DNA of 64,000 nucleotides from Leptogorgia sarmentosa (taxonomy: Eukaryota). The notes under the pieces are model-generated. The model was given only the letters and a program-made list of their open reading frames with translations. It had not been told where the DNA came from and ran no database searches. The stretch spans positions 21,824,001 to 21,888,000 of the forward strand of contig OZ210885.1 in assembly GCA_964658305.1 (NCBI GenBank), written 5' to 3'. Numbering within the stretch: the first letter of the stretch is position 1; each line of letters starts with the position of its first letter. Of the stretch, positions 1 to 12,980 are shown piece by piece. The translations under genes were made by a program, and so were the position numbers.

Positions 1-550
1 TAAAAATTAGTATATTTACATATAAGATTATACATGATAAGACTAATATTCCCACTGTATTTTCTCAAACAATCCAACTGGCTTCCACATGTCATTCCTA
101 TAACACTAGATTTGCAGCTAAACAAAACTTTGGTAGACCAAAAGTCCGAACAAATTATGGTGTACATACTTTCAACTTTGTTTCATCTCAGATATGGCAA
201 ACTATAGATCTCGAAACTAAATTGTCTAATTCAGTCGCTATGTTTCGCAAAAAATATACTCAATCTTTACTTCTTTCACAAATTTAGTTACAATAATAAT
301 AAGAATCAAGAAACACTGTATATAAGTGTATATAAATCCGTTTCGCTTTAAATTCTTAAATTGATATTAGTGATAGACATGCAGTGATCAACTCGAAAGC
401 TTTTGGCTACTTTGATCACTGCGCATGATAATTTATTTGTAATTATTGTAACTTAATTTCCCTTTTTTGTGTAACAACTGTGTATCTGTTGTATTAGAAT
501 GTATGTATATATAATTGTGCAAATTTGAATAAAGTCTAAAGTCTAAAAAA
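1..550 (+). mobile_element. 3' end of a CR1/L2-type LINE (ORF2 C-terminus plus 3' UTR)
   Basis: Frame from nt 3 reads KISIFTYKII...CHSYNTRF...VRTNYG...SQIWQTI...stop at 285-287. This resembles the post-RT tail of the LINE at 23862-24386 (HNYDTR...IWN). It ends in AATAAA plus a short (AAAGTCT)n-like tail at ~528-550. Confidence 0.7.
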
Positions 551-3070
551 GCTCAGGTAACCACCTGAGGTGGTTAGGTGCGACACTTTCCCCCGTTGGC
601 GATTTCAAGTTAAAACTTTTTCCTCAAACTGACCACACCTAGCACAAATTGCATTAGTTAGTGTGAATTCCGCCAGGAGACGAAGCTGGACCGAGAGTAC
701 AAAACGAAAATTTTGCAGACCCGAATTGCACGAATTTCATTAAGTATGGCGGACGAAGAGCAATACCCTGTTCGCCCACCAGCAGAAGCTGTCCCACAAG
801 AGAATGACCAAGCCGCCGCTTTGCCGCAAGCTGTTCAACCCGAGCTTCCACGACAACAAGTACCAGACGATCTCGAGGTATTCCTATGCATATTCTTTAG
901 CGTGAATATCGTTGTGCTAGTCTGTACTGTCTATGTGCCTGCATGGCCACTCTTTATGGCTTTATATGGTTTATGGGGACCCATTTGACATAATCTACCA
1001 GGTTTTGTTGTCTCAAATGCTGGTTACACGACTGGTCCCTTTTACCTGAATGCCGTGAACTCATGCCTCATGACTGGTAATGTGTGCACCGTACTGTTTT
1101 CTTTTCATGAGTCTGGCAGTTTAAACAATTGGAAAGGTTCATTGCTTCCATATGACAGTGTAATTGTATACATGCAGTGCCCGTGACTAATGGTTGCGGG
1201 AAGATTTGGGCTATTTATGACCCGTGCCTTGTGATATTTGTGCCTGGGAAGCCTGAACCGGTGTAAACGACCATTTATTTGTCTGTAGAAGTTTTATTTC
1301 GCATTGTGCAGCGCCCCGTGTACGCGACCTTACGGGAAGGCTTGAGCTGTATGTTACCAGTGCCCTGTAATATTTATTACGGGAAGCTTGAACTGGTGTG
1401 AATACCCCTTTGTTCTATCTGTGGGTGTTGTTAGTCAGTATTGTGTGCAGCGCCTCGTGACGGAAAAGTCGCGAGAAGGCTTGAGCTGTATGTTACCAGT
1501 GCCCTGTAATATTTACTACGGGAAGCTTGAACTGGTGTGAATACCCCTTTGTTCTATCTGTGGGTGTTAGTCAGTATTGTGTGCAGCGCCTCGTGACAGA
1601 AAAGTCGCGGGAAAGCTTAAGCTGTATGTGACCAGTGTCCTGTAATATTTATTACGGCAAGCTTGAACTGGTGTGAATGTTTTTGAACTGGCTGAATGTA
1701 TTTGGTGGCTGACGCAGTTGCGTAATTTGTGAGCTAAAGTCACTCATGTGCGCCATTTGTGTATGTGTAGACTCTGATAGTCATGTATGCTGTTTCTTTA
1801 TGAGAAACAGAAAGTGTTTTAACAACTTTGACGTACAATTACACCACACCGTTGGTGATCTATGTATTAGCTATCAGAGGTGTGCTAATCCTGACTGTAT
1901 TTATTTTATCTTAGACCCTACAGGCTAGATATGAGGAGCTAAAAACATCAATGGACTTGCTCGCAAGTGCGTCTGTTCCATTCATTGGCTGTTCCTCGAG
2001 ACCTGGAATGATCCATTGCCTTGGAGTGATGAGCGTCATGTGCACCTCACGGTGCCGTCGGATGTGTCTGGAACGGGCTGGGGCGGCTGTATCGTGTCTC
2101 CTGCTCCAGAGGTGCACATTTCTGATTATTGGACCCCACAAGAGCAGTCCTGGTATATTTCTGTCAAGGAAGCTGTGGCCCTGGAAGACGTTCTTCTCAC
2201 TGTTCAAGGGCGTGTGGTGAATGCACGTGTCGATGCTCTTGTTGATAATATGGTTGTTTTCAAGCATGGACCCGTCAGGGGGGCCATAGTCTTCCTCTTA
2301 ATCGGGTCCTTAAAAGCTTGTTTTTCACTGCTGCCACTTCACTGCCTTCTGTTCGTTGTCCAACCTGTGGACGCGCTAATGATATTGACTTTCGGTTTTG
2401 TCAATGCTGTGGCTATACTAGAAAACGATCACCACCTAAACCTACCGTCCTTCCGGAGGTTGATCTTGTCGCTCTGGATAATCGGTTGCAGCAGTTGACC
2501 AATTATGAAAAGGCGACCAGTTATGTTAATCAAAAGAATTCACTCTAGAATGAACTTCGGCTTTTCTTGGCAACTCTCCCTGGCAGCCCTACCTTGGCTA
2601 CGGTAACACCCCGCGATTTGTGCTGCTTCTTGATTTATAAGGATCGCAATGGGAAGACCCAGGTTCATTCTCATTCCTGGGCCAACGGGGCGTGCACCCT
2701 TGTCACTGCCCGCTGCGATTATCGTATAAAACGGTTGATTCGTATATTGGCAAGCTTCGAGCCATTTTTCATACTTTGGGCAGAGATGGGGAATGGGACA
2801 AGCGCTTGTGTTTGGGCAACCCGGCGGCGGATAAACTAGTCAAAGTCCATCTCCGACTCGTTACTGCAGAGCAACTTCAAGCACGAGTTACCCCGAAACA
2901 GGCTACTCCCTTTTTCCTGGATAAACTCGTCCAGTTGGCACAGCATCTTGATCGTCAGTTGTCATCTCCCACTCTCCTATTCAACGTTTTATTCTTGCCC
3001 GCGATCAAGCTTATTTTACAGCTACCTTCTTTAGCGGTGACCGCCCTTGCAATTTAGGACAGGTAACAGT
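551..3070 (+). mobile_element. Degenerate DIRS-group (tyrosine-recombinase) retrotransposon
   Basis: RNase H-like motifs SDVSGTGWGG / DYWT / ISVKEAVAL / VDALVDN lie in 2016-2498. Broken YR N-terminal segments follow (CPTC...CQCC; CPLRLSYKTVDSYIGKLRAIF; GNPA; KQATPFF) in 2318-3057. Boundaries are approximate. Confidence 0.65.
1195..1680. repeat. Imperfect tandem repeat, unit ~135-140 bp, about 3.5 copies
   Basis: Block gggaag(g)cttgagctgtatgttaccagtgccctgtaatattt...gggaagcttgaactggtgtgaat recurs at ~1335, ~1473 and ~1610, with a diverged copy at ~1198. Confidence 0.85.
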
Positions 3071-3902
3071 TCATTGAACTGAACAGATGAGGCGAGTGTT
3101 GTTGAATAGAATACTATTTCAAAAATCAAGTATATAGAGTGTATAAAAAAAATGCAATCCAAGTTTAAGGCTTCATAACCAAAATAATATAGATTTCCAT
3201 GTCTTAATTTTTAGTTCATGTTTTAGCCCTATCTTTTTTCTACTCAATAAGTGGTCGATTATGACTTTTTAGGCCATTTAGGACCTCAAAATAAGTGATT
3301 TACTGCAAGCAGTAATTTTTAGATGCTTCGAATTCGATGTCCTTGAAGATATTATCGTTGCATGCGAATATTTTGTTTGATATATTTTCGTGAAATAATT
3401 TTGAAATCTTAGGCATCATGCCACAGCTCACTCACAGTTTTTTGTAACAAAAAGTATTCAGGAAGTTTTAAGATTGTTTCGAATAGCTTTCCCGGATTGA
3501 CAAGTCCCAAATTTGACGACCGTTTGGCGTAACGTACGTAAATACCGGCAGATACAGCTTGATGCTTTACATGGAAATCATGAACTAATAAGAAGAGTTG
3601 CACAGGAAATGCAACATCGAAATGATTTGTGTGTGCTGAGAAATGACGGCCACCATTGAATGATTGTAACCAACTAAAGTTAAATTTTTAACTAAAAATA
3701 CATACATGCAGCAACACCTCACTCGTCTTAGGGCCTATTTATGTGATCCCACTTACCCGGAATTCAATGGAGCGTAAAATGATTTTGAGGTATTGTAATA
3801 AGTCATAATTTATGATTTGAAGAAATGTTTAACTGCTGCATGGTTGCTCAAGATTTTGTTCCGCTGAAATATCAAACAAAATGTTGTTGGGCATGAATTT
3901 TT

Positions 3903-6900
3903 TTGATAGATAGTGGATCTAATACTAGTTTCATTTCCAAAAATGCTGCAAAAAATCTTGGTCTGAGAGGGTGTCAAACGCACCTCACTATGAATTTAGC
4001 TGGCGGAAAGCAAAAGGCCGAAATGTCAGAGCTCATAAATATAACTGTCATGTCTCCATGTGACGAAACTATCGAAAAGCATATGTCAGTATATACTCTT
4101 ACGAATCTATGTAGTCCTGCGAAAACGATCTCAAAACATGTTGTAAATCAGTATCAGCATTTGCAAACAATTTCCAACAAATTACACCTTGCTGGCGGAA
4201 AAGTCGATTTGCTGATAGGCAGCGATTTCTCAGACGCCTTTCTTGATATTCATGTGAGACAAGGAAAACCAGCGGAACCAATAGCTAAGCAGAATTGCTT
4301 CGGATGGTATTTACTTGGTCAAGTAGACGATCAATCTTGTTCGGGAATTCATTCGGTTGACGTAGGGACAGTCAGTGCAATTGAAGATATAAGGACCTTA
4401 CTGACCCAAGATTTACTAGGAGTGAAACCCACTACACTCTGCATGTGTGACGACAATACCCTCAAAGAAAATAAATTTATCAAATCAGTCACAGAATCCA
4501 CTGAGATTGTTGATGGCAGAATACAAGTACGCATGCCGTGGAATGATTCAGGTCCTCCACAGGATTCAAATTACGAAATGGCGTATGCAAGAATGCTCTC
4601 AACCGAACGAAGTTTTCGACGAAAGAACTGTCTACAAGAAATTCAACATGAAATGGACAAATTGATTGAACAAAATTTCGTGGCGGAAATTCCACCGGCA
4701 GAAGTGAATCATGAAGGACCAGAAATGTACTTGCCTATGCATGCGGTCTTTACCCCTGAGAAATCAACGAAAGTAAGATTGGTATTTGATGCCTCCGCAA
4801 AAGGACCTCATGGAAAGTCACTAAATGAACACTTAGAGAAAGGGCCAAATTACATTAATAGTTTGCCAAATGTCTTGATCGCCTGGAGATTAAATCAAGT
4901 TGCCTATGCGGGTGACATACGTAAAATGTTTAATCAAATATTAATACATCCACAAGATCAACCGAAAGTCTATCAGTGGATACGACTGAATTTCAGGGAC
5001 AAACCTGCCCCAGATATCGCAACTGGTGCGATCAATACCCTGGCAAGGGTTGCACAAGCAGAGTATCCTGAAGCTTCGCATGAACTTCAGAAACACGCTT
5101 ATGTCGATGATATCGGTGGATCAAAGGAAGACGAAGTACACGCGAAGAAGATCACAGAAAATATTGACACCATATTGAAAACCGGCAAATTTGACGTGAA
5201 AGCGTGGCACTCTAACCACGAAAACGTTGATCAAACTGATGAGAATGTTACAACCTTCCTCGGTCACTTCTGGAATAAAGTTAAAGATACGATCACATTT
5301 AAGAAACACCAGATCGCTTGCGACCTGAAGCAACTGACAAAACGAAAGTGTCTTGCAAGCTTAGCTCAATTCTGGGACCCCATTGGCCTTGTCCTTCCAG
5401 TCACTATTGAAATACGAGTCGATTTGCAAGAACTATGGAGTTCTGGATACACCTGGGACGATCCACTCTCGGAAGACATGCAAAGTAAGTGGGTAAAAAA
5501 CATCCATCGTTTGAATAATCTTTTATATATCGAGTTTCAGAGAAAATTAAGACCTGAATTAGCCATCGGGAATCCAGAGATCCATGGCTTTGGTGACGGC
5601 GGCGAGAAAGCTTATGGATCTGTAATCTTCCTACGATGGAAACTCAGTGATGGAACCTTCGCTTGTATACCTCTTATGGTGAAAGCGTTCGTTGCCCCTT
5701 TAAAGAAGAAGTCTGTACGAAGACTCGAACTGATGGGATGTCTTACCCTTGTTAGACTCTACTGAACCTGCAAGGAAGCGCTATCTTTATCCGAGATCGA
5801 GAACTGCAAAACGGTGCTCTGGTTGGATTCACAGACGGTGTTAACATGGATAAAAAGCTCTCCAAGAAAGTTCAAGCCTTTTGTATCCGCTAGGGTAGCC
5901 GAAATCCAAGAGTCCGTTGATGTGGAGACTTTTAAGTATATCAAGTCAGAAGAAAATCCCGCAGATGCCTTAACAAGAGGAATTCCAGATAATCAACTGG
6001 ATGAATGGATGAAAGGTCCGGAATTTCTCAAACTACCTGATGATGAATATCTTGTCTTTAACCAGCCTATTGGTGAAAATGAAGAAATAAGTGAAACGGA
6101 GTACAAAAAAGTCAAGAAACCAATAAGGGACATCGAAGAAATTCAATGAAACGCGAGTTCCAAAGAACCAGTAAGAAATTCTGTCTTTGAACACATACTA
6201 CAAACATGTTCGACATTTCGAAGGGCACGACGAGTATTAGCCTTTGTGTTACGTTTTACGCATTATTTAAAGACAAAGAAGAAGAGATCCGGATTACTCT
6301 CCGGGAAAGAAATTGAAGAGTCCGAAAAGCTGTTTTTCAAATGGGCGCAAACAGAACAAGATCCGAGCAAGATAGAAAAGAAATTGCTAGCGAAAGTAGA
6401 CGACGAGGGAATTCTTCGTGCACTCGGGAGGTTAGAGAAGATACGCACCCTACCTCGTGACATGCGAAGTCCAATTATTTTACCTCATAATCATCGTCTC
6501 GTTGTTTTACTCCTGAAACATCTTCATGAAATTTCAGGACATTGTGGGTACCAAAGACTGATCCACGAAGCTCGGCAAAAATATTGGATCATTGGGTTAC
6601 GAAAAACTGCCAAGTATCTTACGCAGACATGTGTCACCTGCAGAAAACTATGTGCACGACCACTAGAACAACTTATGGGACAGATTCCTACTATCAGAGT
6701 AAAGCCTAATTGTCCAGCATTCTCGCACACGGCGATAGATATGTTCGGACTGCTCCAAATTAGACTGAATAGGAAAACAATGAAAGAAGCCCAAGTTATT
6801 CTATTTACATGCACGACGTCCCGAGCTATACATCTCGAACTTTGCACAGATAAGAGTACGGATACTTTCATTATGGCGTTCCGAAGATTTGCAAGTTTAC

Positions 6901-7634
6901 GTGGTCACCCTTTGATATGTTGGTCCGACTGTGGAACAAACTTCAAAGGAGCACAAGGTTACCTAATAGAGGTTTGTAGAAATTGGGATAGAAATAAAAT
7001 CGAAAGAGTCCTGTCCAACGAGTTTTCATGCCAGTTTGAGTGGCAGTGGAATATTCCTCGAGCAAGTCATATGAACGGAGTTGTTGAGAGCCTAATTAAG
7101 TCAGTACGACAAGCCATCGCTGCTACATGCCAAAATCGACCATTTACAGAAGAGCAATGGAGAACGAGCCTTGCAGAGATCGTTTATTTGGTAAACAGTA
7201 GACCTCTTTACCCAAGTTCATCGGAAGTATGGGAAGAACCACCCATTACCCCGAATGACCTCATCATTGGCCCGCATCTACCTTTACCAGCGCCGGAATC
7301 TGAAGATCGAGTTAATCCGAGAAACCTACAGCGCAGTACACAGCAGAGAGTTACAGAATTTTGGCGTGCATGGCAGAAGTATTTCGCACCGACCCTACTC
7401 CCTAGAAACAAATGGTATCGAGCGAGAGATAACTTGCAAGTAGGAGATATCGTTTTAGAATTGGAAGGGACACCCAGACGTAAATGGAAAATGGGCGTAG
7501 TAAAAGAAGTATTTCCCGGAATAGATCAGTTGGTAAGAAAAGCGAAGATCAAGACTGAGACGGGTGAATACTATAGACCTATTCATAAATTGTGCCTCAT
7601 CGCCACAAATCAAGAATTGGGTGAACATCGGTAG
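3903..7634 (+). pseudogene. pol: BEL/Pao pol polyprotein (protease, RT, RNase H, integrase)
   Basis: Motifs IDSGS; KVRLVFDASA, GPN, DIRKMF, YVDD; WDPIG, HGFGDG, RLELMG; H-H-C-C zinc finger, IDMFG, SDCGTNF, GVVES, LVNSRPL, RPIHKL. In-frame stops at 5763 and 6147. Confidence 0.92.
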
Positions 7635-8196
7635 ATTTAAGGATGTTTAAATAGGTTGCTCGATTGAATCTCCTCACCCAGGGAAAGTAAATTGAACACA
7701 AAAAAAAAAAAAAGATTATCTAGAAAATTATCCCGGTGTGAAAATTTAAATTACAAATAATACCATGTACGTGCGATTAGTGAATTATAGTATTGAATTA
7801 GACAAGGTAATTAGTCAATAATTTATTCTTTACGAGTGTAATAGGGGCCTAAGAAACGGTATATAAGCCCAGACCTTAGATACGCAGAACGTTAAAACTT
7901 TAGAAACTTAGTACATTGAACCTTAAAATTTAGAAACTTAGTACATTGAAGCTTAGATTTTTTAATGAACATAGACGTTGATCAACTGAGAGAGGACACC
8001 GAGTTGTAAGTAGACAAATGTTCAAAGTCTTCATTTGAGGATGAATTAAGACATATAGTGTATAATTAATGATAGTTTATATTCAATTTTAGTTTGACTA
8101 CACTTTCGTGTTGTATATACTAGACATCCTAATAAATAGTACAAAAACCAACTCGTCTCGGTTTCTGGGCAGTCTTCGAACTCGTTCCAAGAACAA
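3903..8196 (+). mobile_element. BEL/Pao LTR retrotransposon, 5'-truncated, inactive; probable 3' LTR ~7690-8196
   Basis: Domain order is PR-RT-RH-IN. Purine-rich AGGGAAAG at ~7680 follows the integrase. The putative LTR has TATATAA (~7860), AATAAA (~8131) and ends ...CAAGAACA. No gag or 5' LTR seen. Confidence 0.85.
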
Positions 8197-8199
8197 AAC

Positions 8200-9275
8200 A
8201 CTTGTTATTTCACCGGAGATCTTAGTGATCTGATGCCAATCGCTATGTCTAATGTACTACGGATTCCTATTGCTATCATCACATCCGAAGCGCACACGCC
8301 ACTTATAAATATATGCCCCCAAGAATCGATTGCTTGCTGCATTCCAATATTTTTGGCGTACACTTCACTTGGTGGTGGACATTATGATGCCGCAGTTACA
8401 AGAGATGAACCAGCACATGAGTTGAACAAACATAATTTTGTAAATTTTGTTGCATTTTTAGAATCCTCTGTGTCTCAAAAGTAAATTAACTAAAGTAACA
8501 AGATGTTTGATCATGTTGGAGTTCGGCCAGAGTTTACACTTGCGGTAGAATTTTCGTCCGATGATAGGCAATACTGTTCCACATTTGAGAGTATTTGTAT
8601 TAAACATTAGCTAATTGAAAATTGATTCTTAATAATAGTTTTCAAAACAGTCGCGCGTTAAACTGACGAATTACACAAACGCTGTTATTTAATTAATAGG
8701 CTTTTATATAATTTCAGCCTCAAATCCTAGTATCATCCACGATGCACAGCCAACGCCAAGCCAGTTGAGATCCAGACATATAACCTGTCGTTGCGGTGAA
8801 GCATCTTGCAAACCTAGCGGTAACAGGGTCAGAAAATATACCAGCACCAACCGATGTAGATGTTTATGCGAGAATAATGGTTGCAGTAGAAGCTGTAAAT
8901 GTGCAGGTCACTGTGGTGGGAAAACATGCAAGAAGTTTGTTTTTCAGAAAAGCCTAAAGAAAAACATGTCCAAAAGGAAAGCAAGACATGTTCTGCAAAC
9001 CGTGCCAACTCAAGTTACAGCATCAAATACAGACAAGGCCTTTAAACTCGACTTTTTGGAGATATGTCTTAACTGCCATAATATTGCATTTGCAAAATTT
9101 GCATGGAAATATTGTCGCTTGGAATTCAGAAAAAGTGAATGAGATTTATTTGTTAATGATGTCAAACCTACTACATTTAGGTATTGTTCTTCCACTCAAC
9201 CGTTACCCGTTGACAAAGATTGAAAGTGAGATTAAAAAACTGAAAAAACACTTTGATAGCGACTTACAACATTGA
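8200..9275 (+). pseudogene. Gene remnant with C-terminal half of an OTU-like protease domain and a Cys-rich (CXC-like) region, probably TE-derived
   Basis: DLMPIAMSNVLRIPIAII...IFLAY...GGHYDA has the OTU His-box pattern. A downstream segment reads CRCG..C...RCRC...C...CKC..HCG...C. Frameshifted, and cut on the left by the BEL LTR. Confidence 0.5.
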
Positions 9276-10291
9276 TTTGGAACTTTTTGTTCCATAGTTA
9301 ATTTGGTAGCTCATCAATGGTCTAGCTATTTTATTCATGTTATAAAACTATCATCAACAAAAAAGATCAACGTTTAATTATATTAGTCACGGTTATTGAT
9401 TGACGGCTTTTGGTCATTGATTCAGCATAGTTCAGCAAAGGGAAAGTGATCGCAAAAGCTCGCTTTCTTTCTTTTTGTTGACGTCTGCTTGGCATTTTGG
9501 AAATGACGTACAATACTCGGGTTTGTTGTATGGAAACATAGTTAAACTGTAATCATTGACAAAACCCTTCAGGCATTGTAGGCTTTCGGCTATCCTCAAC
9601 ATTGCATCATATCAACATTTAATCGGTAAAAAAGTCGAATATTCTCTACATATTGTATAAAAACTGCCATCTAAGGGGTAACAGCAATATATAATTTTTT
9701 GTTCATGATTCCGGGTTAACGCGTATTTTAGAGTTAACAACCACTTAGCACTTAATTAGGAAACGGGAAGTTAAAAACCCAGTTACGAGTTGCATACAAC
9801 TGATCTTTGGACAAGTACATACGAGGCTACGTCTTAGGAAAAACCGCTAGATCATACACATGTGATTGTTACAGGAGCCTCTTTGCGTTGAGGCTTGTTC
9901 AAACGAAGCCGACATGTTTGTCCAAAATCATCCAAAATTGTTCGATGCAACCGGTTGGCCTCCTCTGAACACTATTCTGGATGATGTCGCCTTCAGCTGG
10001 CTTAAAATTTTCATCCAACATCAATCATGCAACATTGTTGGCCCAACAACTCTCATCAATCATGCAACATTGTTGGCCCAACAATACTGGACGATGGTGG
10101 TTTCATTTGAACAAGCCTTTGGGAAGTCAAGAACATACGTTTTAGGTTATCTCTTCGACACGAGAATGACCGTAAATGACAGTAGATTACACTAAATGAC
10201 ACTAGATGACGGTAGATGACACTAGATGACGGTATATGAGGGATAAAAAGTTGAGCATGTCTCATATTCGTGTATGTAGGACATGGAATTA

Positions 10292-11379
10292 TTACCGTCT
10301 TCTTGGTCTGTGATGAAGTTGGTATTGTGCAATAGAATCTATTCCCATTTTGTTTCCAAACTCGGTAGTTGCGTCAAGCTCTGCATCCATTGCACGATCT
10401 TCACTACTAATTTTCTTTAAGTTTTCCACAGTAGCATCTATCAACATCAGTGCGTCCAAAATATTAGGCTCTTCTTCCTGTAGTTGCTTCGTGAGAAGTT
10501 TTGTTTTCTTCATAACAAGTCCCATAAACATGAGACCAAAGAGAAAGTCAAAACTAAGCAATTTAGCTTTGATTCCATTACCTCTTGCTTTAACTTTCGG
10601 TTCGACACCACCACCAGTGACAATTCATTTCCTTGTAACTTCTCCAAGCAGCGTCAATTGATTCAGAAGAGTAAACACATCTGGTCTTTGACAAGTTTCT
10701 GAACTTCAAAACGTTATGCGACGATCTCTTTCGTCGCATTCTCTATGACTGTATTTCTCTTTGTGCTTTGGCTAAAAAATACGTATATATCTTCCAGGAC
10801 ATTATACATCGATGTAATGATCACGCTTGCTTTGCAGCAATGTTTGTTGAAAGTATTGGATCGGTGTCCTTGGCATGGGATTTAAAGAAGTGGTCGTTTC
10901 AACATATCTTGCAAGACTTTTTGTGCACCGTTTAATCTTCCAGACATGGACGCTGTAAAGTCATACAGGGGGTGGACAAAAAAAAGTGGCCCCCAGAACA
11001 ATTCGATTTATAAGCGGCAAGCTCCACAACCTTGCAGATTTAAAGAAATATACTTAGATGAACAATAAACTAAGATGAACAATAAAAAATAACATTTTAC
11101 TTAGGTCGTACTCAAACCAAACGAGGTTCTGCATTCCCGATTACTTGAGAGAGATGTTTTTCAGTAAAAACTGAATTTTTATCAAGGGCCACTTTTTTTT
11201 GTCCACCCCCTGTACGTCTGAAATGACAGCATATCTAACTCGATTTCATTATCTTTCAAAGATTTAATTATGTCTTTCGCTGTGCCAGCAGCACTCTTAT
11301 CAACTGTGCTTACAATGTTATAAAGCGACCGTCTTGTCTTTTCGTGTATGTTTTTCGTGTATGTTTCAGTACGGACCAA
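10292..11379 (-). pseudogene. hAT transposase fragment interrupted by a MITE
   Basis: Removing the MITE joins LSFQTY to DFTASMSG...IPCQGHRSN, matching the hAT YDGAxxMSG and CxxH motifs. Further hAT-like helical segment at 10292-10561. Confidence 0.75.
10966..11212. mobile_element. Tc1/mariner-type MITE (247 bp)
   Basis: TIR CAGGGGGTGGACAAAAAAAAGTGGCCC at both ends. TA target duplication at 10964-10965 and 11213-11214. Confidence 0.92.
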
Positions 11380-11554
11380 CCAAAACGGTAAATAACGTTT
11401 TTATTTTTTTATTTCTTTGATTGACTGGTTTATCTCGTAAAATAGATGACTATATATGTGCGTGTGTGCAAATTTGCATGGGAAAACACCGAATTTTACT
11501 ACGAACGCAAATAAAGGAAACGATATAATTTATTTTACAAAATAACATTAAAAT

Positions 11555-12980
11555 TCAATATTGATAATAATTTAGAATGATAATATTTGCATTATTAACA
11601 TGCTCACGTGATATAAAAACTTCAACGATCATGCAACGTTCTATATTTTTGAAGTATAATAAAAATGAATGTTTAGCTGCAATCGCTGTATGCGAAAAAC
11701 AATGCAACAACATAGTTGAAAGGTTACTCATGGTAATGCTCTGAGGATTTGGAGTCGTTTGAAGCATGGAATCGCTGTTGTTTGGGCGATGGGATGTCGA
11801 TGACCTGCTCAAAACATTTGACATTTTTCGTTGATGATCGTGAGAAGCCGTTTTGTAGGAATCAAGACTTTTAAGATTTTTATGGCCACTCAACAGAGCT
11901 ACGTAATTGGTGGGGATATCTGCATCCATTAAACGGGAAACACAAGTTTTTCTGACACTGTGGTTGGCGATGTTGCCTTTGATGCCTGCCCTTTTCGCTG
12001 CTTTTGAGAGAAATTTGCCAATTTCGTTTTTGATACCACACAGGATTCTCTGGCTTTCTTTTGTGATTGATAGCGAGGAAAAATGGTGCTTCGGGGGCTT
12101 TCATTAGATCTGGTTGACGTTTCAAAAACTCTTTGTATAATCTTACAGGACAACGCTCGCCATTTGTGGCTTCTGCAGTGGGATTAAATGCTCGTTGCTG
12201 GCCATTTCCATTGTGTGTTTTTGACCCTCGTTCAAACTGCCAAACTAAAAACTGACCACCATTTGCTTCGTCTCCACACAGTTTCACATCGCCCCATTTT
12301 AGACGTCAACTTTCATCACGTGCTCGAAACCCAAAATGAAGGGAAAGCAGCCACCATACAGTGCGTTGCAGTGCTTCAGGATTGCATCACCAAACTCGCC
12401 GAGGCAGAAAAGTTGGTCTTCTTTGTCCACTGTAAGTTCACGAACAGCTTGTGGTCTATTTCCCTTAGCGTTTTCTCTTACCACCTCTTTCCTTTTCACT
12501 GACAACACTTCTCTAGCTTTGTTGAACTCTTGATCTCTGAAGAATTTTTATACTCTTTTATTTATTCTTATTTTAAACTCCTGATCTCGGGGAATTTTTA
12601 TCATTAAGATAACGCTGAATGCTTCTTAAAAAACATGTCAATGTGTTAGGTTCATACACTGCACCATTTTTTCTTTTTGGCTTGCATGAAGAAACGACGG
12701 ATATGAATGTTTAACTCTTCGGCTGGATGCTTTCGATATCTCGTAGTTCGTTTTCGTTTTCAAAGTATCTTTTTCAGATATTCATGTCATATTTGGGTTT
12801 TTCAGGGTGTTTTCTGGACGCTTTGATAAAATGAAATCCTGAATGTCGCTCGTAACTTCTTCACGATTTGTATTGTCAATATGACTTGTTGAAGCCGAAA
12901 TTGGCTTGTTTTCTACGACGTTCACCTCGTCTGGATAATAGGAATTCACTCTCATTATGAGAGCTGTCATCAGAGTCCAT
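11555..12980 (-). pseudogene. Crypton-type tyrosine recombinase (DUF3504/ZMYM-C-like), frameshifted
   Basis: YR catalytic motifs across frames: FGFRARDE (Arg), ERGSKT, CPVRLY, FFLAIN, NHSVRKT (HxxR), SGHK, LDSY (Tyr). Also KGNRPQAVREL. Confidence 0.8.

Noticed and set aside
713..988. 91-aa ORF with a hydrophobic C-terminus as a membrane protein
   Set aside because: It lies in the DIRS-like remnant, and the hydrophobic tail could be incidental. No independent support.
3071..3900. 5' LTR or gag of the BEL element
   Set aside because: No match to 7690-8196 and no gag motifs. The stretch is left unassigned.
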